Positions 47,758 to 56,027 of a stretch of 59,994 nucleotides of DNA are shown in pieces. Position 1 is the first letter of the stretch, and each line of letters opens with the position of its first letter. This stretch comes from a virus. The notes under the pieces were generated by a model. That model saw only the letters and a program-made list of their open reading frames with translations, was not told where the DNA came from and did not search any database. Where the stretch lies: positions 78,387-138,380 of the IMG/VR virus record IMGVR_UViG_3300009514_000004; one strand, given 5' to 3'. A program made the translations under genes and the position numbers.

Positions 47758-48708
47758 ATGGTCCAGCAAGCTACGTTCCGTGAGGATGGCGTGACCGAGT
47801 TCAAAAGGGGTGATTTCCAGTCTTTTCGCGCGACGGCTGACATTCGGGTAGGTAATCCGGTCGACAAGACCATCAAGGTGGACCAGACCATCGAGTTCGA
47901 CGGCTCCGTCGTCATCTACAACGGCGAGGAGTTCTCCAAGCCCAACCTCAAGGGCGCGGTCGACAAGGGGTGGCTGGTTCCTATCGAGGACACCGAGTCG
48001 AGTTACGTCCCCGAGCCTGCCGACATCCGTGTGGGCCCGGCCGACAACGCCGGTGCCAAGCGCGAGAAAAGGATGCGCATCGAAACGGCCGTCGAAGACG
48101 AGCAGTTCGTCGGCACCGTCGCAGAAGCCACCGCCAAGCGCAAGGAAGGGCAGAAGGTCGCGCAGAACCGCCGCGCCGCCCGGGCACAGAAGAGGCGGAA
48201 GGCGGCGTCGTCCAAGCCGCGGGCCAAGACCCAGGCCCCGGATCCCCCGTCGACCCGCAAGAAGTTCCCTATCGAGCTGGACGCCGCAGACCAGGACGCT
48301 GTGCCCGTGGCCAAGATCGTCAGCGAGGCGGTCAAGCGTCCCCGGGTCGACGACCCCAACAAGGCGCGCCGAGAGGTCCAGCGCCTCGACTCCACCAAAG
48401 GTCACTCTCCGGTGGAGACCGAACGCATCGAGACATCGGGGGATGTCGAGGAGCCTATCACCGGCGACAGCGTCGAGGATGTTCTCCCGGAGGCAATCTC
48501 GACAGGAAAGCCAGCGCCGACGGTCATGGCCCAGGACGGTTCGGAGATCGAGTGGGACATGTCTCGGCACTGGCGGTCACGCCTCTCGGATGCCTTGCGG
48601 CTGGCCAAAGAGGACCGCGGGGCCTTCAATCACGTGATGGCCATGGAAACGCCCAAGCTCAAGAAGCACATCCGCGCGGCCATGGCGCCCAAGAAGCCTA
48701 CCCAGTAA
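47758..48708 (+). CDS. hypothetical protein
   Basis: Long ORF with typical codon bias; C-terminal WD...HW..R motif. Confidence 0.7.
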   Translation: MVQQATFREDGVTEFKRGDFQSFRATADIRVGNPVDKTIKVDQTIEFDGSVVIYNGEEFSKPNLKGAVDKGWLVPIEDTESSYVPEPADIRVGPADNAGAKREKRMRIETAVEDEQFVGTVAEATAKRKEGQKVAQNRRAARAQKRRKAASSKPRAKTQAPDPPSTRKKFPIELDAADQDAVPVAKIVSEAVKRPRVDDPNKARREVQRLDSTKGHSPVETERIETSGDVEEPITGDSVEDVLPEAISTGKPAPTVMAQDGSEIEWDMSRHWRSRLSDALRLAKEDRGAFNHVMAMETPKLKKHIRAAMAPKKPTQ

Positions 48709-48733
48709 TCCTTCGATTGCGGGCCTCCTGTAG
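48704..48733 (+). promoter_or_regulatory. putative late promoter
   Basis: AGT-aatcctt-CGAT-N13-TAG. Confidence 0.6.
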
Positions 48734-48748
48734 AGACTGGAGGTTCCC

Positions 48749-49144
48749 GTGACCGACAAACAGGGTAGCAGCCAAGCGGCGTGGTCCCTCCTGACAGAAG
48801 GGGTCACCGCTGCTCGTCTTGAGGCCCATCGCCTCCGGCACCTGATCAACCGGGGGATGAAGCTCGTGGAGCAGTCCCCCGAGCGTGAGCACATTCACCA
48901 GACGGCTGGGGATCTGATTCAGGCGGTTCCCCGCCGCTTGAATGCTCTCGATCAGCACCTGGACCGCACGGCCCTCGCCCTCATCAAGATGGGTGAGGAG
49001 TTCTTCGACTCCCGGCTGTCGCTGAGCGACAAGACCATGGTCGAGGAAGCCGTGTCTTCTGCGGGGTTCGCCCCCAAACCCACGCGACGCTCGGAGCCCA
49101 GCCCGAAGCGCGTCGCGCGGCTCTACCTGGCGAGGCGCATTTAG
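48749..49144 (+). CDS. helical late protein with C-terminal SPKRVARLYL tag
   Basis: GGAGG RBS; tag nearly identical to one inside the giant ORF. Confidence 0.7.
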   Translation: MTDKQGSSQAAWSLLTEGVTAARLEAHRLRHLINRGMKLVEQSPEREHIHQTAGDLIQAVPRRLNALDQHLDRTALALIKMGEEFFDSRLSLSDKTMVEEAVSSAGFAPKPTRRSEPSPKRVARLYLARRI

Positions 49145-50763
49145 TGGGGTACCGGGTTCCCGACAGCCACCTGCCTGGTTGGACGTCCTTGGTTACCGAC
49201 CGGTCCAAGGACGACCTTCCCCCGAACGCTCGGCGGGAGCAGGACCCGAGGTACCCGCAGAGGCCTGAGGCGCCCGACCACAAGCAGCAGGCGCTGCCGC
49301 TCCCCAACGACATCCGTGACCTTCGAGACCGCAACGTCCTCGAGACCCCTCCGACCCAGTACCAGAAGCCTTCGGTTCGCGAGAAGTCGCCTGACGGCCG
49401 GTCGCTCTCCGAAGACAAGGTGAGGACTCCCAGTAAGCCTGGTGATCAGGTCAAGCACCCGCACCTCGACCCCACCCACAAGCGCACCCCGAAGCGGAGA
49501 GAGCTGCGGGGCGGCCCGGCCTTCCCCTCGTCCCAGGACCGGCAGAAGGAGCAGAAGGGGGATGCCGCGAAGCGCTCCGAGAAGGAGTACCAGCAGAACC
49601 GCGGGCCCAAGAAGACCGAGGCGATCAAGCGTTACCGGCAGAACAAGAACCGGAGCGAGTTCAAGCGCAAGGAGGAAAACAGGGACAACTTCCCCAAACG
49701 ATTCGAGCGCCGTCCAGGTGGGGGATTCAAGGACCCCGCGGAGAGGACCAAGGCCTGGCGAGAAGAGAACAAGGAGGCCTCTGCCTCACGTGTGGCCGAC
49801 TTTTTCTTGGAGCGGCGGCCGCCGGAGATGGAGCACGGCTCCTGGTGGGACCGGGCCCGTCGTGTGCTCGACTACCGAGAGGAGCGCAACAAGAAGCAGC
49901 CGGCGCCGCATCACCACGACATCGAGGACCACGAGGTGCCCAACAACCCAGGGTCGGCCAAGGTCATCCCCTGGGAGCACCCCGAGATGGTCAACAAGAA
50001 GGCTGTCCACAGGGTGATCTTGGGGCTCAACTGGGCCCGACTGCCTCGCAAGATACGCCAGGTCCTCCTGAAGCTGATCAAGTCGCCCCTGTGGGAGCAG
50101 TACAAGTCTCGTCGCAAGTCCGACTCCGACATCGTCACCTGGTTCCGCGGCCAGGGGTGGGACACCGATCTGCGGGAGTGGGAGGACCTCAAGGTCCAGC
50201 TCATGAACCCGTCTCTGGGTCGGGTCGCCACCCGCATCGCGGAGATCGAGCGGGGGACCAACCAGGCTGTGCATTCCAAGGCTGGAGGGCTGCCGGTCAA
50301 GCTCAAGCGGGTCGACCGCCGCAACGCGATGCTGACCTTCCACGTGACGGGCTCGAGCGACACCTACATCGTCAAGGTCAAGGCTCCCCGCAAAGGCAAC
50401 ACCCGCCGCATGGAGGACCTGGATGTCAGGGTGTCCTGCACGTGCCCGTTCTGGCGCTGGCAGGGCCCTGAGCATCACGCGAAGGCCGGCGGCTATCTCC
50501 TGGGCAAGCCTCGAGGCACCGCGTCGAAACCTGATATTCGTGACCCCGATGGCGAGCACGGGGCCTGCAAGCACGTGTTGGCCGCGCTCCGTAAGGTCCG
50601 TGGCCTCGTGCTCCACCAACAGTGGGGCAAGAGGGGGTCGGTGTCTCAGTACCTCTTCGATAGCCTGGATAGGTGCAGAGTGGTGCAGGTTCCCTCAGAG
50701 GTTGATCGACGCATGATTCAGGCGGTGACGGTACGGTATCTCGAGCAACGAGGAGGCTCCTGA
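49144..50763 (+). CDS. multi-segment late protein with SWIM-type Zn finger
   Basis: VSCTCPFW...ACKHVLAAL; internal KEA, SRVADFFL, KKA, RVA sites. Confidence 0.7.
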   Translation: MGYRVPDSHLPGWTSLVTDRSKDDLPPNARREQDPRYPQRPEAPDHKQQALPLPNDIRDLRDRNVLETPPTQYQKPSVREKSPDGRSLSEDKVRTPSKPGDQVKHPHLDPTHKRTPKRRELRGGPAFPSSQDRQKEQKGDAAKRSEKEYQQNRGPKKTEAIKRYRQNKNRSEFKRKEENRDNFPKRFERRPGGGFKDPAERTKAWREENKEASASRVADFFLERRPPEMEHGSWWDRARRVLDYREERNKKQPAPHHHDIEDHEVPNNPGSAKVIPWEHPEMVNKKAVHRVILGLNWARLPRKIRQVLLKLIKSPLWEQYKSRRKSDSDIVTWFRGQGWDTDLREWEDLKVQLMNPSLGRVATRIAEIERGTNQAVHSKAGGLPVKLKRVDRRNAMLTFHVTGSSDTYIVKVKAPRKGNTRRMEDLDVRVSCTCPFWRWQGPEHHAKAGGYLLGKPRGTASKPDIRDPDGEHGACKHVLAALRKVRGLVLHQQWGKRGSVSQYLFDSLDRCRVVQVPSEVDRRMIQAVTVRYLEQRGGS

Positions 50764-51155
50764 TGCCGATGTACGACTTCCAGTGCCAGGAGGAAGCGTG
50801 CCACCACACGTTCGATCGCATGGTCCGCCTGTCCGAGTTCGATGAGGTCCAACCCTGCCCCGAGTGTGGAGCGGACTCCAAGAGACTGATCTCCAAGGTA
50901 GGGGTCGTGCTCAAGGGCGACGGCTGGGCCAGCAAGAACGGCCGCATCGCCAAGCAGATGGCCGAGAAAAACCAACGACTCGCTGCCAAGGAGAAGGACC
51001 AGAAAGCCGCTGGGTTGGTTCCACGTCTGGCTCCCAACGTCGGTGGGCAGCGCGTCGACTCGTGGTCTGATGCCAAGAAGCTGGCGAAGTCGAAGGGCAA
51101 GGAAACGTCCTCTTACGACAAGCTCATCCGGCGCGAGAAGGCAGGTGTTTCATGA
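50763..51155 (+). CDS. FmdB-family zinc-ribbon protein
   Basis: MPMYDFQC...C...F...CPECG...RLIS....LKGDGW. Confidence 0.8.
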   Translation: MPMYDFQCQEEACHHTFDRMVRLSEFDEVQPCPECGADSKRLISKVGVVLKGDGWASKNGRIAKQMAEKNQRLAAKEKDQKAAGLVPRLAPNVGGQRVDSWSDAKKLAKSKGKETSSYDKLIRREKAGVS

Positions 51156-51973
51156 CCCTGTATGGCCCCCTCGAGACGATGGTCGAGATGGTCGAGCGGC
51201 TCCCACATTTCGTGGACCTGATGATCAAGAACCGGCCGGGTGTCCGGTCGTACCAGCTCTACGCCCACAAAAGCCTCAACGACGCCTACGGCAACCCCGC
51301 CGCGACCGGCGGTGGCAACTCCGGTGTGGCAGGCGCGGGCGCAGTGGCGTTCACCACGGTCGACCGCGGCATGACCCGACGGTCAGCCACCATACGCCGC
51401 CGTGGTCTGGGCATCCTGGATGAGAACCGTCGCGGGATGTCTCGCGTCGTGTACGACCCCAGCGACTTTGTGGGTGCGGCCTTTTCCCCGGACGAGGAGT
51501 TCGTCTACATCCGGGTCCAGGAGTGGGACCCGTTCGCGGGACAATTCCGCGAGGTCTTGGGTGTCACCAATAACACAGATCCGGTTCTCGGACCGATCTA
51601 CATCCTTCCCCGTTCCGGCTTCTTCAATGCGCGATTTCCGACGATGATGCTGGCGGGGCTGGCACCGGCCAACACCGGTGCTACAGAAGGGGCTTTGCCC
51701 CCATTGCATGTCGACGGGCAGAACCCCAGCGCCATGCATTTCGTTCTACCACGCGCCGCGGATGACCTGCGGATTCGGAACACCCACGCCACCCAGGACA
51801 TGCTTATCGCGTTCGGACTGGGTCAGCCTATGGCGCGGATTCCGGCCGGCGAGGAGTACCCCATCTTCGATGGGTCCGTGAAACACATCCTTGTGGCGAG
51901 CACTGACAACGGCGGAGGCGGTGCTGTTGCACCAACGTTCAGCGGGTACGCTTCCGTTGGACAAGGTCGTTAG
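51152..51973 (+). CDS. hypothetical structural protein
   Basis: ATGA overlap, beta-rich composition. Confidence 0.65.
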   Translation: MTLYGPLETMVEMVERLPHFVDLMIKNRPGVRSYQLYAHKSLNDAYGNPAATGGGNSGVAGAGAVAFTTVDRGMTRRSATIRRRGLGILDENRRGMSRVVYDPSDFVGAAFSPDEEFVYIRVQEWDPFAGQFREVLGVTNNTDPVLGPIYILPRSGFFNARFPTMMLAGLAPANTGATEGALPPLHVDGQNPSAMHFVLPRAADDLRIRNTHATQDMLIAFGLGQPMARIPAGEEYPIFDGSVKHILVASTDNGGGGAVAPTFSGYASVGQGR

Positions 51974-51998
51974 ACCCTCTATAGGACCGCTAGGGTAG
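51969..51998 (+). promoter_or_regulatory. putative late promoter
   Basis: GTT-agaccct-CTAT-N13-TAG. Confidence 0.6.
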
Positions 51999-52037
51999 GC
52001 GAAGCGGCCATTTGTCCGGAAAAACCAGGAGCACGCG

Positions 52038-52817
52038 ATGCCCTACATCTGCTTGTCCCAAGACCTCCCCGACGGAACGGTTCAGGTCCTGGATCTGAAA
52101 CCGAACACGTCGCAGCGGTCTTTGACCTACGAGCCGCCTGGGCAGACCCAGTACGTCAACCGGGTACAGAACAACACAGTGGTACCCGATGCCGTCGGTG
52201 TCACCATGGCCGCCACGGTTGGGCTACGGGCCTATCTGGTGGACCGTGTCGAGCCGGATGGCGGCTCGTGGACGGCCGCCGACCAGGCCACCGTCTCGGA
52301 CGCCCTTGTCGCACGGCTGGACGCAGGGCTCGCTCTGACCCTGGCCGACATCGACACGGTCATCCAGGCGACCTTCGGCGGGTCCGATCTCGACGGAGCA
52401 GGTTCGGACTCCACCGGGACGGTCGAGGACGTTCTGTCGATTCTCGCTGGCCGCGAGTACGTGCTCGGCGCGGGGTTCACCAAGGGCGATGGCGGCGTCT
52501 GGGACACCACCCAGCGCGGCTCTTTCACCGACTCCGTCATCCACAACGACCCGGACCTCGACGGTCCGATCGGTGGGGTGGCGACCGACGTGGAGCGCAA
52601 GCCCATCGTCACCACGGTCCATTCGTCAGCGCTGTCGATCTCGATGGCTGTGGGTCACCTGGCCACACTGACGTCGGGGGTCACGCTGTTCCCGGACAAC
52701 AGCGAGTTCTCTGCGTTCAAGGGCCAGCAGTTCCAGCAGCCCGGTCCGCAGACCGCCCAGGTCGACGGCGCTCGGGTCGTCACCGTCTACGATGACGACG
52801 GCTCGGTCCTGGCCTGA
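52038..52817 (+). CDS. virion protein, PNTSQ paralogue 1
   Basis: LDLKPNTSQR...GQT.Y N-terminus; VTVYDDDGSVL C-terminus. Confidence 0.75.
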   Translation: MPYICLSQDLPDGTVQVLDLKPNTSQRSLTYEPPGQTQYVNRVQNNTVVPDAVGVTMAATVGLRAYLVDRVEPDGGSWTAADQATVSDALVARLDAGLALTLADIDTVIQATFGGSDLDGAGSDSTGTVEDVLSILAGREYVLGAGFTKGDGGVWDTTQRGSFTDSVIHNDPDLDGPIGGVATDVERKPIVTTVHSSALSISMAVGHLATLTSGVTLFPDNSEFSAFKGQQFQQPGPQTAQVDGARVVTVYDDDGSVLA

Positions 52818-52834
52818 GCTGAAGGAGAAGTCAC

Positions 52835-53686
52835 ATGGCGCGCGCCTACATCGTTCTTGCCCGCAACGACCTCCCCGAAACCGGGCTTCAGACTCTCGAC
52901 CTGTGGCCCAACACCTCTCAGAAGGGGTGGCCGTACGATCCCGGCGAGGGGCAGACAGGATACCTGTCCCTGTACCTGATCGACGGCATCAACGTGAACG
53001 TCGCCACCACGGTTGGTGTGATGGACGCCGACTCCTACGGGCTGTCGACGTACCTCAAGGCCAACGTCGAGGATCAGGCGGCGGGCGCGGCGCTCACCGA
53101 CGTGCAGGCCAACGGAGCCGCGGCGGACATCGAGGCGGCAGCTGCCGCTGGTGACCCGCTGACAGCGGCCGACATCAACGGCCACATCCAGGCCCAGGGC
53201 GGTGTCAACGCCGGCACGACCCTGACGGCCGGCGACTCCACGGGTTCGGTGGAGGAGATCCTCCGTATCCTCGCGGGAGAGCGCTACAAGGTTCCCGAGG
53301 GAACCGACGTTGGCGTCGCGGCCTTCATCCCGGGTGGCGGGTTCTTCACGACGGCGGCCAACGTCGTCGAGACGCTCCTGCACTCCGGAGGCCGCAAGGG
53401 CACCGAGCCCATCGGCGCGCAAAGCGGCCGCACGGTGGCCCAGACGGGGACCGAGGATGTCAACCACAACGACATCCGACAGACCATCGACACCGAGGCG
53501 GTCCACCGCTCCGCGCTCGATGGTCGGCTGGCCCAAATGGCCGACTCGAGCTACGCTTTCAGCAACCCCGACTTCACGTATGGCGCCGCGGGCACCGCGC
53601 TGACGTTGGGGCTGGTGAACATCGGAACCGACAACGCCGCGCGGGCCGTCACGGTCTACGCCGACGACGGTTCCGTGATCATCTGA
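52835..53686 (+). CDS. virion protein, PNTSQ paralogue 2
   Basis: LDLWPNTSQK...GQTGYL; VTVYADDGSVI. Confidence 0.75.
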   Translation: MARAYIVLARNDLPETGLQTLDLWPNTSQKGWPYDPGEGQTGYLSLYLIDGINVNVATTVGVMDADSYGLSTYLKANVEDQAAGAALTDVQANGAAADIEAAAAAGDPLTAADINGHIQAQGGVNAGTTLTAGDSTGSVEEILRILAGERYKVPEGTDVGVAAFIPGGGFFTTAANVVETLLHSGGRKGTEPIGAQSGRTVAQTGTEDVNHNDIRQTIDTEAVHRSALDGRLAQMADSSYAFSNPDFTYGAAGTALTLGLVNIGTDNAARAVTVYADDGSVII

Positions 53687-53697
53687 CGGAGTAGGAC

Positions 53698-54618
53698 ATG
53701 CCTGACCAAGCCTTCATCGTTCCGCGGCGCAATGACCTGGATGGGGTCATCCTCCATCTCAACGACCTGCGGCCAAACACGTCCCAGCGCAACCTGATCT
53801 TGGACGGCCCTGGTCAGAGCGGATACCTCAAGTATTCGCTCGACGTCGCAGGGACGACCACGGTCGACGGAGACGCCTACGTCAGCGGGTCGACGGACAC
53901 GACGCCGATCACGGCGGTCGTGGACGACGACACCACCAGCGGCGGCGACGACGTCGAAGCCACGACAGCCGCCGAGTTCGGTCTGGAGGCCTACCTGCGG
54001 GATCGGGTCAACGCCGACCCGGGAATCGCCGACACGTCTCTGTCTGTCGCCGAGGCCGCCACGGTCGCGGGGGACATCCGTGACCTCCTGACGGCAGGCG
54101 ACCCCATCGACGTCGCGGCAGTCGACGCGTCTCTGACGGCGGCCGTCGGCGCGGCCACCGACTTCGATGGGGCCACTGTGGGCGGGTCGAAGTCGTTCGG
54201 GACCATTCCCGAGCTGATGCGGATCCTCCGCGGCGAGGTGTACCGTGTCCGGGCCCTGACGATCATCAACGACGTCGCCAGCGCGTTTCAGGACCTCGCA
54301 GCGCGCCAGGTCTTCGTGGACGCACAGACGACGGCCCAGATCGCCTCCCAGGGGCGCTTCTACTCCCAGGGCGAGTTCCTGGTCGACGGGGAGGCCGGGT
54401 TCCGTAACGTCCGCCAGCTGACGATCTCGGGCGCTCTGCGGATCTCCTGCAACGAGGGAGTCCTGTCGGGGTACAAGGACGGCGGCTTCGCTTTCCTCAA
54501 CCCGAGTTTCACCTACGGTGCGGGCGGCTCGGCCGTCCTCCCTGACGGCACGGCTGTCGACACCGACGGTGTGGGCGCCGCCGTGGTGGTCTACGACAAC
54601 GACGGCAACGTCCTGTAG
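53698..54618 (+). CDS. virion protein, PNTSQ paralogue 3
   Basis: NDLRPNTSQR...GQSGYL; VVVYDNDGNVL. Confidence 0.75.
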   Translation: MPDQAFIVPRRNDLDGVILHLNDLRPNTSQRNLILDGPGQSGYLKYSLDVAGTTTVDGDAYVSGSTDTTPITAVVDDDTTSGGDDVEATTAAEFGLEAYLRDRVNADPGIADTSLSVAEAATVAGDIRDLLTAGDPIDVAAVDASLTAAVGAATDFDGATVGGSKSFGTIPELMRILRGEVYRVRALTIINDVASAFQDLAARQVFVDAQTTAQIASQGRFYSQGEFLVDGEAGFRNVRQLTISGALRISCNEGVLSGYKDGGFAFLNPSFTYGAGGSAVLPDGTAVDTDGVGAAVVVYDNDGNVL

Positions 54619-54632
54619 GCGACCCACTACCC

Positions 54633-54672
54633 ACAAAAGGCCCTCGGGGACGCGTCTCCGGGGGCTTTTTGT
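54633..54672 (+). terminator. intrinsic terminator
   Basis: ACAAAAGGCCCTCGGGGAC/GTCTCCGGGGGCTTTTTGT hairpin. Confidence 0.8.
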
Positions 54673-54723
54673 TGGTAGGGTGAGGAAGTCCGCCCAGAAG
54701 GCGGTAAAGACAGACGGTGAAAC

Positions 54724-55008
54724 ATGACAACACAGATCCAGGCCCCAGCTCCGAGAACGGTGCGCACGGCTGACATTTTCCTGGCGGCCTTCCTGAAGAC
54801 CGCCGCTGTCCCCTTGGTCAAGGTGGAGAGAGGCAAGGCAGAGGGAGAGGAGAAGCGCCTCTACTTCTATTTCGAGAAGTTGCCAGGCTCTGTGATCGAC
54901 GACCTCAAGCGCGAGTATTTCAACCGCGTCGGCAAGGTGGTCGCGGCTACTTACGCGGACGAGTACCGCGCCCTCAAGACCTTGAGCTACGAGATGTTGG
55001 GGGGCTGA
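54724..55008 (+). CDS. DUF5659-like small protein
   Basis: RT.DIFLAAFL...FYFE...YFN...V.A..Y...R.LK pattern. Confidence 0.55.
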   Translation: MTTQIQAPAPRTVRTADIFLAAFLKTAAVPLVKVERGKAEGEEKRLYFYFEKLPGSVIDDLKREYFNRVGKVVAATYADEYRALKTLSYEMLGG

Positions 55009-55010
55009 CG

Positions 55011-55379
55011 ATGGCGGAAAGCCTTATCGGCGCCACCTTCACGTTTCAGGTCCTGTTCGTTGACGGCAACGGGGACCCGATCGCCGGCATCACCGATGCG
55101 GCCATCCTGGTGTTCTCTGTGGACTCCTCCGGCAACAAGACGATCCATGCCCAGGTCGCTATGAACGCGCCTGTGCCGGCGGAGACCGGCCGGTTCGTCT
55201 ACCCCCTCTACCTCAACCCCAACCTTTTCACGGTGGGGCAGACCTTGTACGCGGAATTCACCGCAACGGACCCCGGGGTGGGTACCATCACACTCCGTGA
55301 CGAGGAGACGCTGGACATCGTGGAGGCACCCCCCTCCGTTCTCAGCGGACTCCGGGCTACGTTCTATAAGGGAGGATAG
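55011..55379 (+). CDS. Ig-like structural protein
   Basis: Beta-rich, TGRFVY motif. Confidence 0.55.
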   Translation: MAESLIGATFTFQVLFVDGNGDPIAGITDAAILVFSVDSSGNKTIHAQVAMNAPVPAETGRFVYPLYLNPNLFTVGQTLYAEFTATDPGVGTITLRDEETLDIVEAPPSVLSGLRATFYKGG

Positions 55380-55381
55380 CT

Positions 55382-55900
55382 TTGGTTAAGAAGAAGAAGA
55401 GCGCGACCAAGAAGGTCGAGACCAAGAAGGCTGATACCACAGTCAACGGTGACAAGACCGGGGTGTCCCGCAGCGATGACCTGGCTTTCGTCGAGCGAGA
55501 GATCGGTGCGAAAACGGCCGAGCGCAACGCGATCGCGCAGAAGTACCAGGACTACCACCAGAAGATCAGTGACTGCGTCAAGGCGATCATGGTCGAGGCG
55601 GGCATCTGGGAAGAGTGTAACCAGCTCGAGCTGGGCCGCAACAAGGTACGCCAGGACGCGCAGGCGAGCATCGACCGGTGCAACACGGAGATCGAGGATC
55701 TGCGGAAGGTGCAAAACTTTCTACTGGGCCGAGCTGGTGCGCTCCCTGATCGACCCAGCAAAGATGAGCGCGCTCCGGAAGATGCCGGAGAAGAAGAAGA
55801 AGAAGAACTCACCCTGAACGAGGAGCCCGGCGAAGCTGCCCCGGCGGGCCAGGACGATTCTTCGACGAAGAGGGAGGTGCCCGCGCCACCCACGTTCTAG
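55382..55900 (+). CDS. coiled-coil hypothetical protein (possible fibre assembly chaperone)
   Basis: GGAGG RBS, TTG start, coiled coil, precedes fibre gene. Confidence 0.55.
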   Translation: MVKKKKSATKKVETKKADTTVNGDKTGVSRSDDLAFVEREIGAKTAERNAIAQKYQDYHQKISDCVKAIMVEAGIWEECNQLELGRNKVRQDAQASIDRCNTEIEDLRKVQNFLLGRAGALPDRPSKDERAPEDAGEEEEEELTLNEEPGEAAPAGQDDSSTKREVPAPPTF

Positions 55901-55912
55901 GCCTCCCGGTTT

Positions 55913-55942
55913 GGTAGTCTTTCTATCGGAAGCCCCATATAG
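55913..55942 (+). promoter_or_regulatory. putative late promoter
   Basis: GGT-agtcttt-CTAT-N13-TAG. Confidence 0.65.
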
Positions 55943-56027
55943 ACAAGAGCGAGAACAGCCTTGTCTGTTCGTGCTGCTCGCGCTCTGGCTCCGACGCCCA
56001 CTACCGACCTGATCAAGAGGCCTGAGC

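Noticed and set aside
5098-54710. Possible middle promoter GGGTA/GCGTA element before several non-structural genes (5098, 36426, 47410, 54701)
   Set aside because: Too short and variably spaced to support without statistics
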